From assembly GCA_965226885.1 (NCBI GenBank), contig CBDDEL010000014.1:430590-494589 (forward strand): a stretch of 64,000 nt of DNA, given 5' to 3'. The notes beneath the pieces were generated by a model. That model was given only the letters and a program-made list of their open reading frames with translations, searched no databases and was not told the origin of the DNA. Each line of letters starts with the position of its first letter. Position 1 is the stretch's first letter. The translations under genes and the position numbers were made by a program. Positions 9,034 to 19,318 of the stretch are shown here, one piece after another. Origin of the DNA: Opitutales bacterium. Lineage in GTDB: Bacteria > Verrucomicrobiota > Verrucomicrobiia > Opitutales > UBA2987.

Positions 9034-10014
9034 TCAGAACTGATACTTTAGGTTGAGGCTGACGCCCCAGAATTGAATGTCCTCCGTCATCGCTGTGTAT
9101 CGCACCCGCGCACCGCCCGGTTTAACAGCGGACTCATGACTGCGGAGCTGATCCCACTCTTCCCCATCCTCGAATTCACCGAAATCCGCCCACCGGAACT
9201 TGAGCCCAATGGTGACCGGCTCACTGACCCGATAATCCACCCCGGCGATCGCCTGATACCCGAACAGGCTATTCGAGAGCTTGGCCCTGCCGATGGTAGT
9301 CGTCCCGGCGACCCGCTGGTTCAGAAGCTCGCGGTTCTCACGTTCTGCCTCCGAAATATCCTCAATGTCCTTGTCAATTGTGAATGTCGGTATGTCGCGA
9401 AAGTCATAATTCCTCGCCCATCGGTTAAAGTAGTCCAAGGAAATCTGCGCAAACCCGACTCCAAATCCCACGTACGGTGTAAACTTCGAGTCCGAGCGGA
9501 AGTCGTAGTACAGGTTGGCGAAGAAGTTGTGCGACAGCACGTCATCGACCCCGGCTTCTATGTAGCTGAGTTCATCTTGCTTACCACCCTGGAACGGTTC
9601 CCCCGCAGGTAGTAGCTGGATGTTATCGATCGATTCATCATAGGTCGTGCCGCGATAGAAATATTCCCCCTCGACCCTTAATCTCTCCAGGCGATACCCA
9701 AAGGCCACCCCGGCCAAAAGGCCAGTGCCCCCATCAAACTGCTGAATCCAGGAGAAAGCGTCTCTCGTAGACTGGGTACAATCCTTCCTCGGCGGCACCA
9801 GAAAATTCCCTGCCCCGTCATTATTAATGAACCCGTCGCATTGAGTTGCAACATCATTATCCCAGCTCTCCACGTCCATGCCCGGAGCCACCGCAATGCC
9901 CAAGTCCATTCCCATGTAAAATCCGTTCTTGGCCCATATTTGGCCGGAGGAGAACAGCAACGCTGGCACCATCAGCGCGAGTAACGGGTTTTTCATCATC
10001 TCACCCTTATTCAT
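9034..10014 (-). CDS. Outer-membrane beta-barrel protein, paralog 3 (326 aa)
   Basis: Signal peptide, C-terminal LNLKYQF, family motifs (TPYVGFGVGFA; LFGYQAIAGVDYRVSEPVTIGLKFRW) and a Cys pair loop. Confidence 0.7.
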   Translation of the reverse strand: MNKGEMMKNPLLALMVPALLFSSGQIWAKNGFYMGMDLGIAVAPGMDVESWDNDVATQCDGFINNDGAGNFLVPPRKDCTQSTRDAFSWIQQFDGGTGLLAGVAFGYRLERLRVEGEYFYRGTTYDESIDNIQLLPAGEPFQGGKQDELSYIEAGVDDVLSHNFFANLYYDFRSDSKFTPYVGFGVGFAQISLDYFNRWARNYDFRDIPTFTIDKDIEDISEAERENRELLNQRVAGTTTIGRAKLSNSLFGYQAIAGVDYRVSEPVTIGLKFRWADFGEFEDGEEWDQLRSHESAVKPGGARVRYTAMTEDIQFWGVSLNLKYQF

Positions 10015-10322
10015 TTCCTCATTGTTTTATAGCTTGATAGCAGACCCGAACACATCGCCGAAGTCTTCGATGGTGCGCTGAAGACCCTGTTTGTCAAGGG
10101 GAAAATGCTTGGGTTTGGAGGGAACTAACCGCTGCCTTGTTTGTGTGATCCCTGTCCTTTCAAACCTCGCCCCCGTTCGCCATCAGGACATATGTTAATC
10201 GAAGCCGTTCCAGTCGGTCGAAGCCGTTCCAGTCGGGCAACCCTCTCAACCAGACCTCCATGCGTCGGGTCCATACTCCAACAGGGATAGTCAGCTAACC
10301 GGTTCCCCGCACAGCTTTCTAG

Positions 10323-11890
10323 CCCGGATATTTCATGAAGGGTAAAGTTTGGCTCGTTATTGCTATTGGAGATGGATTTCTTTGTATTTTGAGCAGATCG
10401 TCTTGATTTTTAGGTGTTTTTCAGGGTGTAGAGACACTGCCCCCTTTCCCCCATTGGTTCGGTAGTGCCGGGGGCAGCACCAATGCACCCTTTAGGTTGG
10501 CACCAATCGGCGGGCCGCATGGTTGAAAAGACTGGCCCAAGGATAACTCTCACTTAGGTGAAAGTGAATCGTTCGGGTGTTGCGCACGATGACCGCTCCG
10601 ATCTTGATTAATTTGAGCCGCAGGGTGTGGCATTGGGCCCGCGCCCACTTCGTCCCTTTTAAGGCTAACCGGCGCATGGCTTCCATCAAGGTGTAGGCCA
10701 GCGCCGACAAGAGCAATCGCCACTGATTGGCCCACCATTGATGGGCGCTGGTGCGCTCGCTGAACAATTGCATCTGTTCCTTGATTCGGTTCTCCATTTC
10801 ACCGCGGCCACAGTATACCTTGTCGTAAAGCTCCTGGGGATCGCCCGGCAGGTTCGTCACCACGAAGCGCGGGTTGGACCCCTGTGCGGTGTGTTCGGCT
10901 TTATGGATGACCAACCGCAGCCATCGCCACGAATCGGCAGCATAGACGAAGTCCTGGAATAACCGTTGTTTTTTACCCCTTAGTTCGAACCATTCTTTGG
11001 CCTGCTTTTGCAACTGCTGGGCGTCTTGCTGCAAGCGTGCATTGCGAGCCATCCCCACGATGTAACTAACTTCGTTGCGGTCGCACCAAGAGAGTATCCG
11101 GTCTCGACAAAATCCACTGTCGGCGCGCCAAATAATCCGCGTACGGTGCCAGCTTTGGCGAATCCGTTTAACCAGCAATTTGAGGATGGCCCCGGCATGC
11201 TTGCTGGCATCGATCTTGCTCGGCCGCAGGTAGGCCACCAGCAGCTGATCACCGCAAAAAACATATAGCGGCAGAAAACAGTAATGATCATAATAACCGT
11301 GGAAAAAACGTCCCTCCTGGAGCCCGTGCACCGGATTGTCGGTGGCGTCAAAGTCCAGGATGATCTCTTCGGGTTCCTCGGCAAAGGAGCCCATGAACTG
11401 TTCGACCAACAGCTCGTTTACCGCAAAGGCCGCCCGCCGATCCTGCCCGTTTTCAAAACGACACAAAGTCGGCGCGCTGGCCAACGTTTCAATGCGCCCC
11501 GTTACCGTTTGCTAACAATGGATCGTGGCGCAGGGTATCAAAGTCGTTCAAATCCTCATAGCCCGCCACCAGCCCGTAAACGCGCTGCCGCAGCATCCCC
11601 AATACCTCATGGCGTACTTTGCCCTTCTGCCGTTTGTCCACTAACTGTCGGGCCGCTCGTTCGGTCAAGCCCAACTGCCGATCCACTTCCCGGATCAAAA
11701 GCAGTCCGGCATCCGAAGTAACCTCTCCGCCCTTGAAATCAACCCGCACACGGCGGCCTTTTACCCTTGTCAACTGTAGCTTTAATTGTTTACCTTTTGT
11801 CATCGCTGATATTGCTTTAATTATTGATCTATCCTGCTGTATATCAGCAGTTAAGCATATCAACGATACTTTTTTTACGAAATATCCGGG
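10323..11890 (-). mobile_element. IS-A copy 1 (IS1380 family), transposase frameshifted
   Basis: 12-bp IR cccggatatttc at both ends. Flanked by 4-bp direct repeat ctag (10319-10322 and 11891-11894). Confidence 0.9.
10492..11803 (-). pseudogene. IS1380-family transposase, disrupted by 1-nt insertion
   Basis: Split into ORFs 10492-11484 and 11489-11863. The sequence gtttgctaacaatgg replaces gtttgcaacaatgg of the other copies. Confidence 0.85.
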
Positions 11891-12228
11891 CTAGCCCGAC
11901 CCTTCGTGATTGAAAGGGACTTATGCTTCGCCTTGACACATAAGCGACCACGAGGAGGCATCACGGTTCCGCGGGAGCGGGAAGACTCGTCTCCGCCGGG
12001 ACGATGGCCATGATTCTCTTAAAGCTTTATGAAGCGATGAACATAAATGTCGTAGACGGATGTGCCCCCGCCGAAAATCCCTACTATCCAGGCATGCAAG
12101 ACATTAAAGAAGTTCTGGATGTAATAGTCGAATTGACTGAAAGGCTTAATCATGGCGGCTAAGTCCTCAATAATACGCTTCTCCCCTGACGACCGGGAAA
12201 CCAATCTAGGTATACAGACCTTATCCTA

Positions 12229-14051
12229 GAGGCTGTCCCAAAAGGGTGATTTTTGCGAGGGCTTTTGATAGGCGCTCATTTTAGAGGTATTTGCATTTGG
12301 GAGAGTATCAACTTTGCTCTCCTATGACGTTAGGATACTGGTTTTGGGGTCCGGTTGCCTGGTTTTCTTTGTATGAGCCGACAGTACGGCTGTGAAAAAG
12401 TATTGTCCTTGCTTTTCCGCTTTCTAGGCCGCCGCTTTGGTTTTTAGTTCGTCTTGCTGGGCCAGCATCTTGGCTACTTTCCATAGGTTGTGCGAGAGTA
12501 CCGACCAGGCTACGCTGATCGAGCGGTTGGCAAAGCCTTTGCTGCGCAACCCCCGGCCTGCCAGCGATTCTTCAATACCCCGATCCCCGATCCGCCCTTC
12601 GGTGCTGGCCCGGCGCTTTTGCAATTGCCTGAACAGTGGTTCCTCCATCCGTTTTTTCAACTGCTTCGGATCGCGTGGACAGAGCGCGTCGTAGATTCCC
12701 TCCTGGGCTAACTGCCGGCGGGCCCGCTGGGAGGCAAATCCCCGGTCCGCGCACATGGCCGCTATGGGTTCTTCCAGGTTGAAGCGGTTCTGTCTTTGCA
12801 AACTCTCTTGCATTTGTTCATTTTCGCTTGGAGTTCGGCTGCCGTAGAGTTTCCAGTCCAGCAGGTACCCTTCAACGCTTTCTCCCAAAAACAGGGTGTT
12901 GCCGAACTCGACCTCTTGGCCCGCTTTACCTCGCACAATCACCTGCCCATCGAGTTCGTAAACACTCAAGACTTTCTCTGCGTTTTTCACCTGGCGGCCG
13001 CCAATGATCCGCTCGGGCGCCTGTTTGATGACCACCGGGATTTGCTCGCTCATGCGCTCCATCCGGGCGAGGATCTGTTGGACCTGTTTTTCGCTGTAAT
13101 CGCTTTGCTCCCAGCAGGCTTGCAATAATTCCCGGTGACTGCGGGCATGCTCCCCGATCCGTTTGAGCAGCTTTTTCATCTGCCTCAAGATACCCTTGCG
13201 CTGTCGCGCGCTGTCCTTTCGCCGCCGGCTGTGGGTCATCTGTATGCACAGCCGATTCATCTGCCGAGCCAAGGGCTCCGGTTCGATCGGCATGCGATGG
13301 CGCAAACCGGCCTTCTCGCGGATCAGCCGGATCGCTTTGAGCAACGTGCCGGCTACATCCTTGAGTAATACCCAGTCCGTCGGCCAATGAATGTTAGCCT
13401 CCAAACAGGTGCCGTCGATCAGGCAAATGGTGGTGTCAATCGGCTTGTCCAATCCCACCTGCCGGGCCAGAAGGGCATCGCCCACCACCTCAGTCAAGGT
13501 CCGGTGCAAGGCCCTCAACTGCTCTTCGCTGAAAAACTTCGAGGCCCGCTCCAGGGTGCTTTTGGAGATGCCCCTGATGCCATCGATCTGCCGGACACGG
13601 CAAAAGTCGGCCAACAGATCGCTGCTGCCCAGAGCCCGCGACAAATGCCGAAACGAAATCCCTCCGAGCAGATGGCCCAGCGTATCCATGCGCAGTGCCT
13701 TGATGGCAAAACTGGCCCGCTGCCGCCGGGCCTTTAGACCCATTGGCTGCCACCCCTCCAAGGCCAGCTCAATGGCCTGCGATTCCACCTCCGAGTCGAT
13801 CAGCAGCCGATCGATTCGATCAATGGTGGCGCGGAAGTTATCGTAATCGAGGCACCGGTCGACCACAGTTAAAGCTGGACGCAGGAGGCATTGGATGGCT
13901 ATATTTTTCATAGAAAGGGCTATATTGATTTTCGCTAACTCAATTATAGAACCCTTTTTTGGCCGGATCGAGCAAAAACTTGCTCTTTCCGGCTCTTTTT
14001 ATCAACGTCATCCAGTTGACTATAAAATCTTTATATTTTTGGGACAGCCTC
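12229..14051 (-). mobile_element. IS-B copy 1 (IS4/IS5-superfamily element, about 1.82 kb)
   Basis: 15-bp IR gaggctgtcccaaaa / ttttgggacagcctc at both ends. Flanks do not match (tatccta vs taattag), so no intact target duplication. Confidence 0.85.
12424..13911 (-). CDS. IS-B DDE transposase (495 aa), variant with a locally shifted frame over the C-terminal R-E-K motif
   Basis: DDE-type features include DGTCLEANIHWPTDWVLLKD. Relative to the other copies there is a 1-nt deletion (about 12550) and a 7-bp duplication (12578-12591). These replace RIGVLKNRWQAGRLRSKG with RIGDRGIEESLAGRGLRSKG. Confidence 0.7.
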   Translation of the reverse strand: MKNIAIQCLLRPALTVVDRCLDYDNFRATIDRIDRLLIDSEVESQAIELALEGWQPMGLKARRQRASFAIKALRMDTLGHLLGGISFRHLSRALGSSDLLADFCRVRQIDGIRGISKSTLERASKFFSEEQLRALHRTLTEVVGDALLARQVGLDKPIDTTICLIDGTCLEANIHWPTDWVLLKDVAGTLLKAIRLIREKAGLRHRMPIEPEPLARQMNRLCIQMTHSRRRKDSARQRKGILRQMKKLLKRIGEHARSHRELLQACWEQSDYSEKQVQQILARMERMSEQIPVVIKQAPERIIGGRQVKNAEKVLSVYELDGQVIVRGKAGQEVEFGNTLFLGESVEGYLLDWKLYGSRTPSENEQMQESLQRQNRFNLEEPIAAMCADRGFASQRARRQLAQEGIYDALCPRDPKQLKKRMEEPLFRQLQKRRASTEGRIGDRGIEESLAGRGLRSKGFANRSISVAWSVLSHNLWKVAKMLAQQDELKTKAAA

Positions 14052-14098
14052 TAATTAGCGGTCAATAACTGTCAGACACAACATTCAAAAAAATTATT

Positions 14099-15196
14099 TT
14101 GAGCAGTATTTCAAAAGTCCTCGTTGTTGACGATCAACCGGTTAACGTAAAGTTGCTGCAGCGCAAGCTGGAGCAAAACGGGATGTTGGTTTGGCCCGCC
14201 TTCAGCGGACGGCAATGCCTCGACCAGGTAAAAAAGGAGACTCCGGACATCCTTCTGTTGGATATCATGATGCCCGAAATGGATGGATTCGAGGTCTGCA
14301 AAATACTCAAGGCAGACGAGGCAACCAAGGCCATCCCCATCATTTTCATTACCGCCAAATCCTCCAAAGAGGGAAAATTGCAAGGACTGGAAGCTGGAGC
14401 CGTCGATTATATTACGAAACCGATTGATCTTGATGAAACAATTGCCCGGGTAAAAACCCAGCTCCGTTTTCAACAAATCAACAGGGAAAACATTGATCTG
14501 CAAAAGCGCCTGAGCGACTCCCGGCAAACGGCAGCTATCGGGGCGATCACCCAAGGAATTTCCCACAACCTGAACAACCTGCTGGGAGTCGTGGTGGGAT
14601 ACCTGGACCTTCTCAAGGCAGCAAAAGAGGATCCGAAAATGACGGATCGCTGCATCAATTTGATGGACCAGTCCATACAAAGAATGGTCAATATTGTCCG
14701 GCAGTTGGGAACCATCGCCAATAATGAGAGATTTTCATTACAACCCCTTTCCCTGCAGCGGCTTTTAGACAACAGTGTTCGCCGGTTCCAGTTGGAAAAC
14801 AACCTCTCCAATTCCGTGGTTGTGAATAACAAGCTGGAAAACCTGCTGCTGCCAGCGAACGTGGAAGCCTTTGAAAGCATCCTTGGCAACCTCCTCATAA
14901 ATGCCCTCGAAAGTTATCCCGAAGGAGAAAATAACCGGAAAATCACCATCGAAACGGAATTGGTGGAATCCGATACTAATCGGCAGATTCGGATCCGGGT
15001 TCTGGATGAAGGAACCGGTATCGACCCAAATGTTAAAGATCATATCTTCGAACCTTTTATCAGTGGGAAAACCTCCGTTGGACATGGAATGGGTCTGACC
15101 ATTGCGCGTCACGGAATTCGCAATCTGGGTGGCGAACTTCTGCTCAAGCCAAGAATCGATGGGGGTATTTGCGCGGAGTTATCCCATCCCATTTGA
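14099..15196 (+). CDS. Hybrid response-regulator receiver / histidine kinase (REC-HisKA-HATPase_c), TTG start
   Basis: REC motifs VLVVDDQP, LLLDIMMPEMDG and ITAKS. H-box GISHNLNNLL. ATPase region DEGTGIDPNVKDHIFEPF and GHGMGLTIA. Confidence 0.8.
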   Translation: MSSISKVLVVDDQPVNVKLLQRKLEQNGMLVWPAFSGRQCLDQVKKETPDILLLDIMMPEMDGFEVCKILKADEATKAIPIIFITAKSSKEGKLQGLEAGAVDYITKPIDLDETIARVKTQLRFQQINRENIDLQKRLSDSRQTAAIGAITQGISHNLNNLLGVVVGYLDLLKAAKEDPKMTDRCINLMDQSIQRMVNIVRQLGTIANNERFSLQPLSLQRLLDNSVRRFQLENNLSNSVVVNNKLENLLLPANVEAFESILGNLLINALESYPEGENNRKITIETELVESDTNRQIRIRVLDEGTGIDPNVKDHIFEPFISGKTSVGHGMGLTIARHGIRNLGGELLLKPRIDGGICAELSHPI

Positions 15197-15285
15197 AAAA
15201 TCCTTATCCTTCTCTTCGGGATAATCCGTGCCCGGCCATAAATTCCGCCTCGACAGCGAGTTTCGAGCCCTCTTAACTCAAAAAG

Positions 15286-16092
15286 GTGAAGGTCAAAGTG
15301 TCATTTCTGGGCGCCGGGCGCATGGCCACTGCCATAGTTACAGGCATACTCCGCAAAAATCTTTATACAGCGGAGGAGTTGGGCTGCCTGGGCGCACCGG
15401 ACGGTTCCGCCGAGGCTCTCTCCACCCAAACCGGAATCCGCCACATCCCGAATCTCGAGGAATTATTATCCCAATGCGAAATAATTGTCCTCGCATTCAA
15501 ACCGCAGCAATTGTCCGAAATGGGGCCGGTCCACGCCAAGCTCTGTGCGGGCAAACTGGTGATTTCCATCTTGGCAGGCTCCACCCTGGCAAGACTGCAG
15601 GGAAAGTTTCCCGAAGCCGCAAACATCATCCGCGCCATGCCCAACACTCCCGGCCAGATCGGGGCGGGCATCACCTGCTATGCAGCGAAAAAAGAACTTG
15701 AGCCTGCCGACCGGGAAACAACGGAAAATATTCTCGCCTCCATGGGGCCGGTCATTCCCATTAAGGAAGAATACCTGGACGCCGTAACGGCCCTCAGCGG
15801 AAGCGGCCCGGCTTACGTTTTCGAATTCGTGGCGGCCTTGCGCGATGCCGGCATTGAGGCCGGCCTGGAGACGGCCGTGGCCGAGCAACTCTCCCTGGAA
15901 ACGGTTCTTGGGCCGGCCCGCCTGCTGGCCCGCAGCGGGGAGAAACCGGAAACCCTTCGAGACTGGGTCAGCTCCCCCGGCGGAACCACCCTGGCCGGCC
16001 TGGAGGTATTGAGCAAAGGAAATTTCCGGCAACTCATCGGAAACACCCTGCAAGCCGCCAAAAAAAGGTCTATCGAGCTCTCCCAAAGCTAA
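15286..16092 (+). CDS. proC: Pyrroline-5-carboxylate reductase
   Basis: FLGAGRMATAI Rossmann start, MPNTPGQIGAG, LSGSGPAYVFEF and SPGGTTLAGL motifs. GTG start. Confidence 0.85.
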   Translation: MKVKVSFLGAGRMATAIVTGILRKNLYTAEELGCLGAPDGSAEALSTQTGIRHIPNLEELLSQCEIIVLAFKPQQLSEMGPVHAKLCAGKLVISILAGSTLARLQGKFPEAANIIRAMPNTPGQIGAGITCYAAKKELEPADRETTENILASMGPVIPIKEEYLDAVTALSGSGPAYVFEFVAALRDAGIEAGLETAVAEQLSLETVLGPARLLARSGEKPETLRDWVSSPGGTTLAGLEVLSKGNFRQLIGNTLQAAKKRSIELSQS

Positions 16093-16100
16093 GAAAAAAA

Positions 16101-16177
16101 TGGTGGGAGATACTGGACTCGAACCAGCGACTTCTTGCGTGTGAAGCAAGCGCTCTAACCAACTGAGCTAATCCCCC
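16101..16177 (-). tRNA. tRNA-Val (anticodon CAC), CCA encoded
   Basis: Reverse complement folds as a cloverleaf: acceptor GGGGGAT/ATCTCCC, D arm GCTC/GAGC, anticodon stem CTTGC/GCAAG with loop TTCACAC, and T arm GCTGG-TTCGAGT-CCAGT. Confidence 0.9.
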
Positions 16178-16451
16178 AAAAACCGATCACCGATGTGGGC
16201 CGGGTGTCTGGTAGAAGGTCTACTTTGCCATCCCGGGCGTCTTCGTCAATTCCTGAAAATCAGTATTTCTCCCGCCGTTGACAGATTTCTGAATTTTTCC
16301 AGCCTACAGAGGCATTTTTTTGGCTTGGTTCGGACATGAAAATACCTGTGGATTGGCAAAGACATGCAGCCTTTTTTCTGGTATAAGATTGTTTTAAAAA
16401 TTATTCACCGAATTTATTCAGCGAGAGGAAGTAGGTCGCTACCTTGATTTT

Positions 16452-17468
16452 ATGAAACGAGCATTAATAACCGGAATCACCGGCCAAGATGGTTCTTATC
16501 TGGCCGAATTGCTACTCAAGAAGGGTTACGAGGTGCATGGAATTATTCGGCGCGCCTCTACTTTTAATACTTCACGCATCGATCATATTTATCAGGATCC
16601 CCATATTGACAGTAACCGTCTCTTTCTGCATTTCGGGGATCTTTCTGACGGAGGCCGCCTGGCCAAGCTTTTTTACGATGTCGAACCGGAGGAGATCTAC
16701 AACCTGGGAGCGCAGAGCCATGTGCGTGTCTCTTTCGACATCCCGGAATATACGGGGGATGTCACCGGTTTGGGCACGGTTCGCATGTTGGAGGGGTTGA
16801 GGGAGGCCGGCCTGGAAAAGAAAGTTCGGTTCTACCAGGCATCTTCTTCCGAGATGTTTGGGAAAGTGCAGGAAGTGCCCCAGACCGAGAGAACGCCCTT
16901 CTATCCTCGTTCCCCTTATGGGTGCGCCAAAGTATTTTCCTACTGGTTAACTGTTAACTACCGTGAGGCCTACGATCTGCACGCCAGCAACGGCATTCTT
17001 TTCAACCACGAGTCTCCTCGCCGGGGGGAAACTTTTGTCACTCGTAAAATTACGCGTGCCGCAACCCGTATCAAGGTGGGTTTGCAGAAGAATCTTTTTC
17101 TCGGGAACATGGATGCCCGGCGCGATTGGGGTTACGCGCCTGATTTTGTGGAGGCGATGTGGCTCATGCTGCAGCAGGACCAGCCAGGAGACTATGTTAT
17201 CGCCACCAACGAGAACCATAGCGTGCGGGATTTTTGCCAGGAAGCCTTCGGGCACCTCGATCTGGACTGGAAGGAATTTGTGAAAAGCGATTCACGCTAC
17301 GAACGCCCGGCGGAGGTCGATCTCCTCGTCGGCGATCCGGCCAAGGCCCGGCAAAATTTGAATTGGGAACCACGAGTGACATTCAAAAAACTTGTGCAAA
17401 TCATGGTCGAGGCGGACCTGAAATTGGCTGAAAATGAATTGGCCTACCAACAGGCTTCATCAGGCTAA
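16452..17468 (+). CDS. gmd: GDP-mannose 4,6-dehydratase
   Basis: [40 protein letters not shown] and YGCAKVF motifs. Confidence 0.9.
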   Translation: MKRALITGITGQDGSYLAELLLKKGYEVHGIIRRASTFNTSRIDHIYQDPHIDSNRLFLHFGDLSDGGRLAKLFYDVEPEEIYNLGAQSHVRVSFDIPEYTGDVTGLGTVRMLEGLREAGLEKKVRFYQASSSEMFGKVQEVPQTERTPFYPRSPYGCAKVFSYWLTVNYREAYDLHASNGILFNHESPRRGETFVTRKITRAATRIKVGLQKNLFLGNMDARRDWGYAPDFVEAMWLMLQQDQPGDYVIATNENHSVRDFCQEAFGHLDLDWKEFVKSDSRYERPAEVDLLVGDPAKARQNLNWEPRVTFKKLVQIMVEADLKLAENELAYQQASSG

Positions 17469-17512
17469 TTAGTATCCCCGCAGACAAAAATAGCCCTTCT
17501 TCGTCGAGAGAA

Positions 17513-18475
17513 ATGGAAAGCAGTAAACTCGAACTCAACGACTCCATTTTCGTGGCCGGCCACCGAGGAATGGTCGGGTCCGCCATTATGAGGAGTTTAG
17601 AGGAGAAAGGTTTTCAAAATATTCTCACCGCCAACCGTGACGAGCTGGATTTGCGCCAGATGGCGGTAGTGCGGTCCTATTTCGAGAACAAAAAACCGGA
17701 CCATGTCATAGTGGCGGCCGCCAAGGTGGGCGGGATTCATGCCAACGCCACCTATCCGGCGGATTTCATCTACGACAACCTGGCCATCGCCCTCAATCTC
17801 ATCCATTCGGCCCACCAATCGGGAGTCTGCCGACTGCTTTTTCTGGGGAGCTCCTGCATCTACCCCCGCGAGGCGCCCCAACCCATGACGGAAGAGGCTC
17901 TCCTGACCGGTCCTCTGGAGGCGACCAACGAGGCTTATGCCCTGGCTAAAATCGCGGGCCTCAAGCTCTGCCAATTCTACCGGCGGCAGCATGGGGCGCT
18001 GTTTCACTCCGCCATGCCAACCAATCTCTATGGCCCGGGTGACAACTACCACCCGCAAAACAGCCATGTCATCCCCGCCCTCCTGCGGCGATTTCACGAA
18101 GCGGTGGAGGAAGGCCGCTGCGAAGTCACACTCTGGGGCAGCGGTAGTCCACGGCGGGAGTTCCTCCACGTGGACGATCTGGCGGAGGCCGTATATCATC
18201 TTTTGCAACTGGAGGATCCGCCCGACTGGGTAAACGTTGGAACCGGCACGGATATTTCCATTTTGGAACTGGCCCGCACCATCAGCCGGGTTGTGGGATT
18301 CGAGGGCGAAATTCTGCTCGATACGACCAAACCGGACGGCACCCCCCGCAAACTCCTCGACATTTCCCAAATCCGGCAGACCGGCTGGCAACCGCGTATT
18401 GCCCTTAAGGAAGGGCTCAAAACCACCTATCAAAATTTCCTCACCGAACAATCCTCGGGCATCCTGCGGTCCTGA
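17513..18475 (+). CDS. fcl: GDP-L-fucose synthase (GDP-4-keto-6-deoxymannose epimerase/reductase)
   Basis: [35 protein letters not shown] and YALAKIAG motifs, directly downstream of gmd. Confidence 0.9.
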   Translation: MESSKLELNDSIFVAGHRGMVGSAIMRSLEEKGFQNILTANRDELDLRQMAVVRSYFENKKPDHVIVAAAKVGGIHANATYPADFIYDNLAIALNLIHSAHQSGVCRLLFLGSSCIYPREAPQPMTEEALLTGPLEATNEAYALAKIAGLKLCQFYRRQHGALFHSAMPTNLYGPGDNYHPQNSHVIPALLRRFHEAVEEGRCEVTLWGSGSPRREFLHVDDLAEAVYHLLQLEDPPDWVNVGTGTDISILELARTISRVVGFEGEILLDTTKPDGTPRKLLDISQIRQTGWQPRIALKEGLKTTYQNFLTEQSSGILRS

Positions 18476-18538
18476 ATATTGGCGAATAATATTCAGCTGG
18501 CAGTTCCGTGGGCAAAATGTCGAACCGCCTTTAAAAAA

Positions 18539-19192
18539 ATGAAAAAGCCAGCCATGGAAGAACGGCCGCAGACTCTGAGGGAGGAGATTGCCAATAGTGT
18601 CAGTCATGGCGTTGGGCTGGTGGGCGCCTTGGTCGCCACCCCCATGCTGATTGTCATGGCCGTCCGCAATGGTGGGACTGCGGGGGGGGTGGGGGCCAGC
18701 ATTTTCGGGGCCACCATGCTGCTGCTCTATTTTGTTTCGACCCTCTATCACGCGTTGGCCAGGAACCGGGCCAAAAAGGTTTTTCAGATTCTCGACCATT
18801 CCGCTATTTTCCTTCTGATCGCCGGAACCTATACGCCCTTCACTCTCGGTGTGCTTCGCGGTCCCTGGGGCTGGACGATTTTCGGGATCATTTGGGGTCT
18901 GGCTCTGGTAGGGGTGGTGCTCAAGGCTTTCGGGCCCATGCGCTACCCACGTTTTTCGACCTTCCTCTACCTCCTGATGGGCTGGCTGGCCGTCATCGCC
19001 ATCCAGCAGTTGTGGCTGCTTATTCCAGGCTGGGGACTATTCTGGCTGCTTGCGGGAGGGTTTTTCTACACTTTTGGAGTGGTTTTTTACTCGCTTGATA
19101 ACCGGGTTAAATACTGCCATTTCATCTGGCACCTGTTCGTCCTCGGGGGAACGACTTGCCATTGTATCGCGGTAGGAGGATACGCCGCCTGA
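18539..19192 (+). CDS. Hemolysin-III / PAQR family membrane protein
   Basis: Seven predicted TM segments with EEIANSVSHG, LDHSAIFLLIAGTYTPF and HFIWHLFVLGG motifs. ATG at 18539 chosen over the upstream TTG. Confidence 0.75.
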   Translation: MKKPAMEERPQTLREEIANSVSHGVGLVGALVATPMLIVMAVRNGGTAGGVGASIFGATMLLLYFVSTLYHALARNRAKKVFQILDHSAIFLLIAGTYTPFTLGVLRGPWGWTIFGIIWGLALVGVVLKAFGPMRYPRFSTFLYLLMGWLAVIAIQQLWLLIPGWGLFWLLAGGFFYTFGVVFYSLDNRVKYCHFIWHLFVLGGTTCHCIAVGGYAA

Positions 19193-19318
19193 TGGCGGAA
19201 AAAATGTAATTTCGGTTTGCATTTTCGCGCCTGGTGCAAAATCTCCTTTATTTTGATTGGCCCCTTTGGCCCCTCTTTGCATATTGGACCAAAATCATTA
19301 TACTACCTTAAATTACAA

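Noticed and set aside
11470-11500. Programmed ribosomal frameshift in the IS-A copy 1 transposase
   Set aside because: Four other copies encode the same protein as one uninterrupted ORF. Copy 1 differs by a single inserted t, so this is a mutation.
15466-16149. A 227-aa minus-strand ORF (similar cases: 23928-24647, 19328-19867, 20895-21323)
   Set aside because: All are antisense to genes with clear family motifs (proC, the FAD oxidoreductase, the 2-hydroxyacid dehydrogenase, the PfkB kinase). This one also overlaps the tRNA. All are shadow ORFs.
17597-18799. A 400-aa ORF on the minus strand
   Set aside because: It is antisense to the well-supported fcl and hemolysin-III-like genes, has Arg/Gly/Pro-rich low-complexity composition and no family motifs. 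It is a shadow ORF.
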